This document shows positions 62,063 to 64,000 of a stretch of 64,000 nt of DNA, piece by piece; the stretch's first letter is position 1, and every line of letters begins with the position of its first letter. The translations under genes were made by a program, and so were the position numbers. The DNA lies in the IMG/VR virus record IMGVR_UViG_3300042558_003926, positions 1 through 64,000 of that record. One strand, written 5' to 3'. The notes under the pieces were generated by a model, which saw only the letters and a program-made list of their open reading frames with translations, searched no databases and was not told the DNA's origin.

Positions 62063-63616
62063 ATGACAGTAGATTCGACTAAAATAGTAACTCTGGCTCT
62101 TAATAATATGAAGCTGGATGAGTTAGTTCAGAACGACAGGACTAATGGTTCTAATAACCCGGATACACAGAGAGAACTAGGCGCTGGTCAGGATAAATCA
62201 ACTGGTCTCAATTCACCCTTCATGTCGATCAATGGGTATAGTGTATCTAAGTATCTGGATTCGTTTTCTTTGGATCTTAGCGGATTTCTACCAATAATAA
62301 GATTTTCCTTTACGCCGACCGAAACTGTGTTCATATCAGTAAACTACCCTAAGGACGGTGACATAGTTTCCACTTATATGAGATCCCCTGGTGATTTCTA
62401 TAATCCCCTGAGAATGGATTTCAAAGTTCTAAGTGTTTCTGGTGATGTTTCAAGTAAGTATTCACCAAGCGGAACAGATTCTAATGGCACTACGTTTAGA
62501 TTTCACATAGTTGCCGAAGCTTATATTCCGGGGTTATATTCCCCGAAGATTAAGTCTTTCAGTAAAATGAATTCAGCAGATGTTTTATTAGACGTTTCTC
62601 AGGAATTAAATCTTGGATTTGCAACAAACGAGAAAACAACTAATGACTCTATGACGTGGATATGTCCTAATTATTCATATTATGACTTTATCCAGGAGGT
62701 TTGTCTTAGATCGTACAAGGACGACGAGCAAAGTTTTTTTGACTGCTGGATAGATCCATATTACAATCTGAACTTCGTAAACATGGGAAGTCAATTTGCT
62801 TTCGAAGGTGACCCTAAGCAGGAGGTTCTTATTATTCCTGGATATGCAGACGGTGGTCTAAAAATGGATTCAGCTATTCCAGGAACTCCAACCCCAAGTC
62901 CAGCTAAAGTACCATTAGTAATAACCAACGCAATAGGAGCCGGTGTTACCCCCTTTTTCATAAATGGATACACGCTAACCTCAAGAGCAGGGAATAATAC
63001 CAATGAGTTTGGCTACATAACGGAGGTTGGCTTTTATGACGAAGAATCAGAGGAGGGAGGTTTAGATGGCAAATATGTTAAATATGAGATAGAAACGCAA
63101 ACAACGGATAATGTAAGACCCGGAGCTATACTTCAAAAAGGAAGAGCTAGAGATAATGAATACAAAAACGAAACGAGAAGGGAATGGTTTGGTGTTCTGA
63201 ATTATTCCCCTGACTTAAACGATGGGGTTCATCAGAACTATTATCATGCTACTGTTCAGAATACTATAAATATTAGCGATGTTTCTAAAATGACTTTGGA
63301 AGTAGAGCTTTCCTCGTATTTTCCTGGAATTATAAGAGGAATGGTTTTACCTGTTTCTATTTATGTTTTCGACGGTGGATTAAGACAGCAGAATTCAGGG
63401 AATCTCTCCAATAAAGATAAGAATACAGGACTCAATCCAACCATCGATAACTTCCTATCTGGAAGTTATGTTGTTACCGGAATGGAGGTTTATTGGTCTA
63501 AGTTTTCAGGTGGAATGAAGCAGAAACTTTCTCTATCTAAAAGGACGTGGACTGCTAACTCTTCCGGAACTATTCCGAAGGCTTTCCCTATTTCTATTCA
63601 AACGGGACAATTCTAG
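62063..63616 (+). CDS. Putative baseplate hub protein (gp27-like)
   Basis: Follows the gp53-like gene; C-terminal FLSGSYVVTGMEVYW...QKLSLSKR pattern. Confidence 0.55.
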   Translation: MTVDSTKIVTLALNNMKLDELVQNDRTNGSNNPDTQRELGAGQDKSTGLNSPFMSINGYSVSKYLDSFSLDLSGFLPIIRFSFTPTETVFISVNYPKDGDIVSTYMRSPGDFYNPLRMDFKVLSVSGDVSSKYSPSGTDSNGTTFRFHIVAEAYIPGLYSPKIKSFSKMNSADVLLDVSQELNLGFATNEKTTNDSMTWICPNYSYYDFIQEVCLRSYKDDEQSFFDCWIDPYYNLNFVNMGSQFAFEGDPKQEVLIIPGYADGGLKMDSAIPGTPTPSPAKVPLVITNAIGAGVTPFFINGYTLTSRAGNNTNEFGYITEVGFYDEESEEGGLDGKYVKYEIETQTTDNVRPGAILQKGRARDNEYKNETRREWFGVLNYSPDLNDGVHQNYYHATVQNTINISDVSKMTLEVELSSYFPGIIRGMVLPVSIYVFDGGLRQQNSGNLSNKDKNTGLNPTIDNFLSGSYVVTGMEVYWSKFSGGMKQKLSLSKRTWTANSSGTIPKAFPISIQTGQF

Positions 63617-63650
63617 AAATTAGGATAAATATGAAAAATAAAATAACCTT

Positions 63651-64000
63651 ATGTCTTTAGGAGCAACCGATAGGGAAAGGAGTTTATTTCTTAAGGGATT
63701 TAAATTATCTAAACAGGGAAATTACGAGGATCCAACATACCTTGGATTTAAGATAGTATTTGACTTCGGTACACTACCTATAAGTCCGGAAGATGGTATT
63801 CCTCCTAGTCCACTGTTTAAGGACAGAAGCTATTTTTTTGAATCTGGTGGAGCTTTCGCAGCTTCCAATCCATTCTCACAACCTCAATATGATTATAGAA
63901 ATCCATCTGCAGATGGTATGGTCCAATTTTATTCAGCAGCATCCTATTTAGAACAAAGGGAATTTGATTTCGATTATGGTCCTAAGAGAGCTGATATGTT
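63651..64000 (+). CDS. 3'-truncated putative tail/baseplate protein (not in the ORF track)
   Basis: Open frame MSLGATDRERSLFLKGFKLSKQGNYEDPTYLGFKIVFDF... to the window end; GATAAATA at 63624. Confidence 0.7.
   Translation, partial: MSLGATDRERSLFLKGFKLSKQGNYEDPTYLGFKIVFDFGTLPISPEDGIPPSPLFKDRSYFFESGGAFAASNPFSQPQYDYRNPSADGMVQFYSAASYLEQREFDFDYGPKRADM

Noticed and set aside
1-64000. Stop-codon reassignment (as in some large Bacteroidota phages), tRNAs, introns or inteins
   Set aside because: Core genes are full length in code 11 and TAG/TGA act as real stops. Intergenic gaps are short with no cloverleaf seen, and terminase, ligase and clamp loader show no intein-sized insertions.
1-64000. Apparent abundance of GATC/AGATCT/GGATCC sites as evidence of DNA modification
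   Set aside because: This is an impression only. It needs k-mer counts against a Markov background, which I cannot run.

Overview
This window is 64 kb of an AT-rich, densely coding, T4-like (myovirus) large phage genome read in the standard genetic code, with all but one credible gene on the + strand. The host is probably a Bacteroidota species, judged from TAnnTTTG-type promoters and A-rich starts that mostly lack Shine-Dalgarno sites. It contains the end of a tail fibre with Gly-Ser-Ser repeats, followed by a sulfation/glycosylation cassette: sulfotransferase, CysC, a small HIGH-type nucleotidyltransferase, a DUF2061-like protein and a GT9-like enzyme. Morphogenesis genes include neck, both terminase subunits, sheath, two tail tubes, a tail chaperone pair with a likely frameshift, a tape-measure-like protein, gp4, gp2, two portals, a protease-scaffold fusion, the major capsid protein and baseplate genes. 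Replication and nucleotide genes include ligase, clamp loader, RNase H, dCMP deaminase, two kinases, an AsnB-like enzyme and a Nudix hydrolase. There are two phage sigma factors (ECF-type and gp55-type) and many putative internal head proteins. Three distinct promoter motifs, found by eye, suggest a host sigma -> phage ECF sigma -> gp55-like sigma cascade. I saw no tRNA, CRISPR array or mobile element. All family calls come from motif recognition; no database searches were run.
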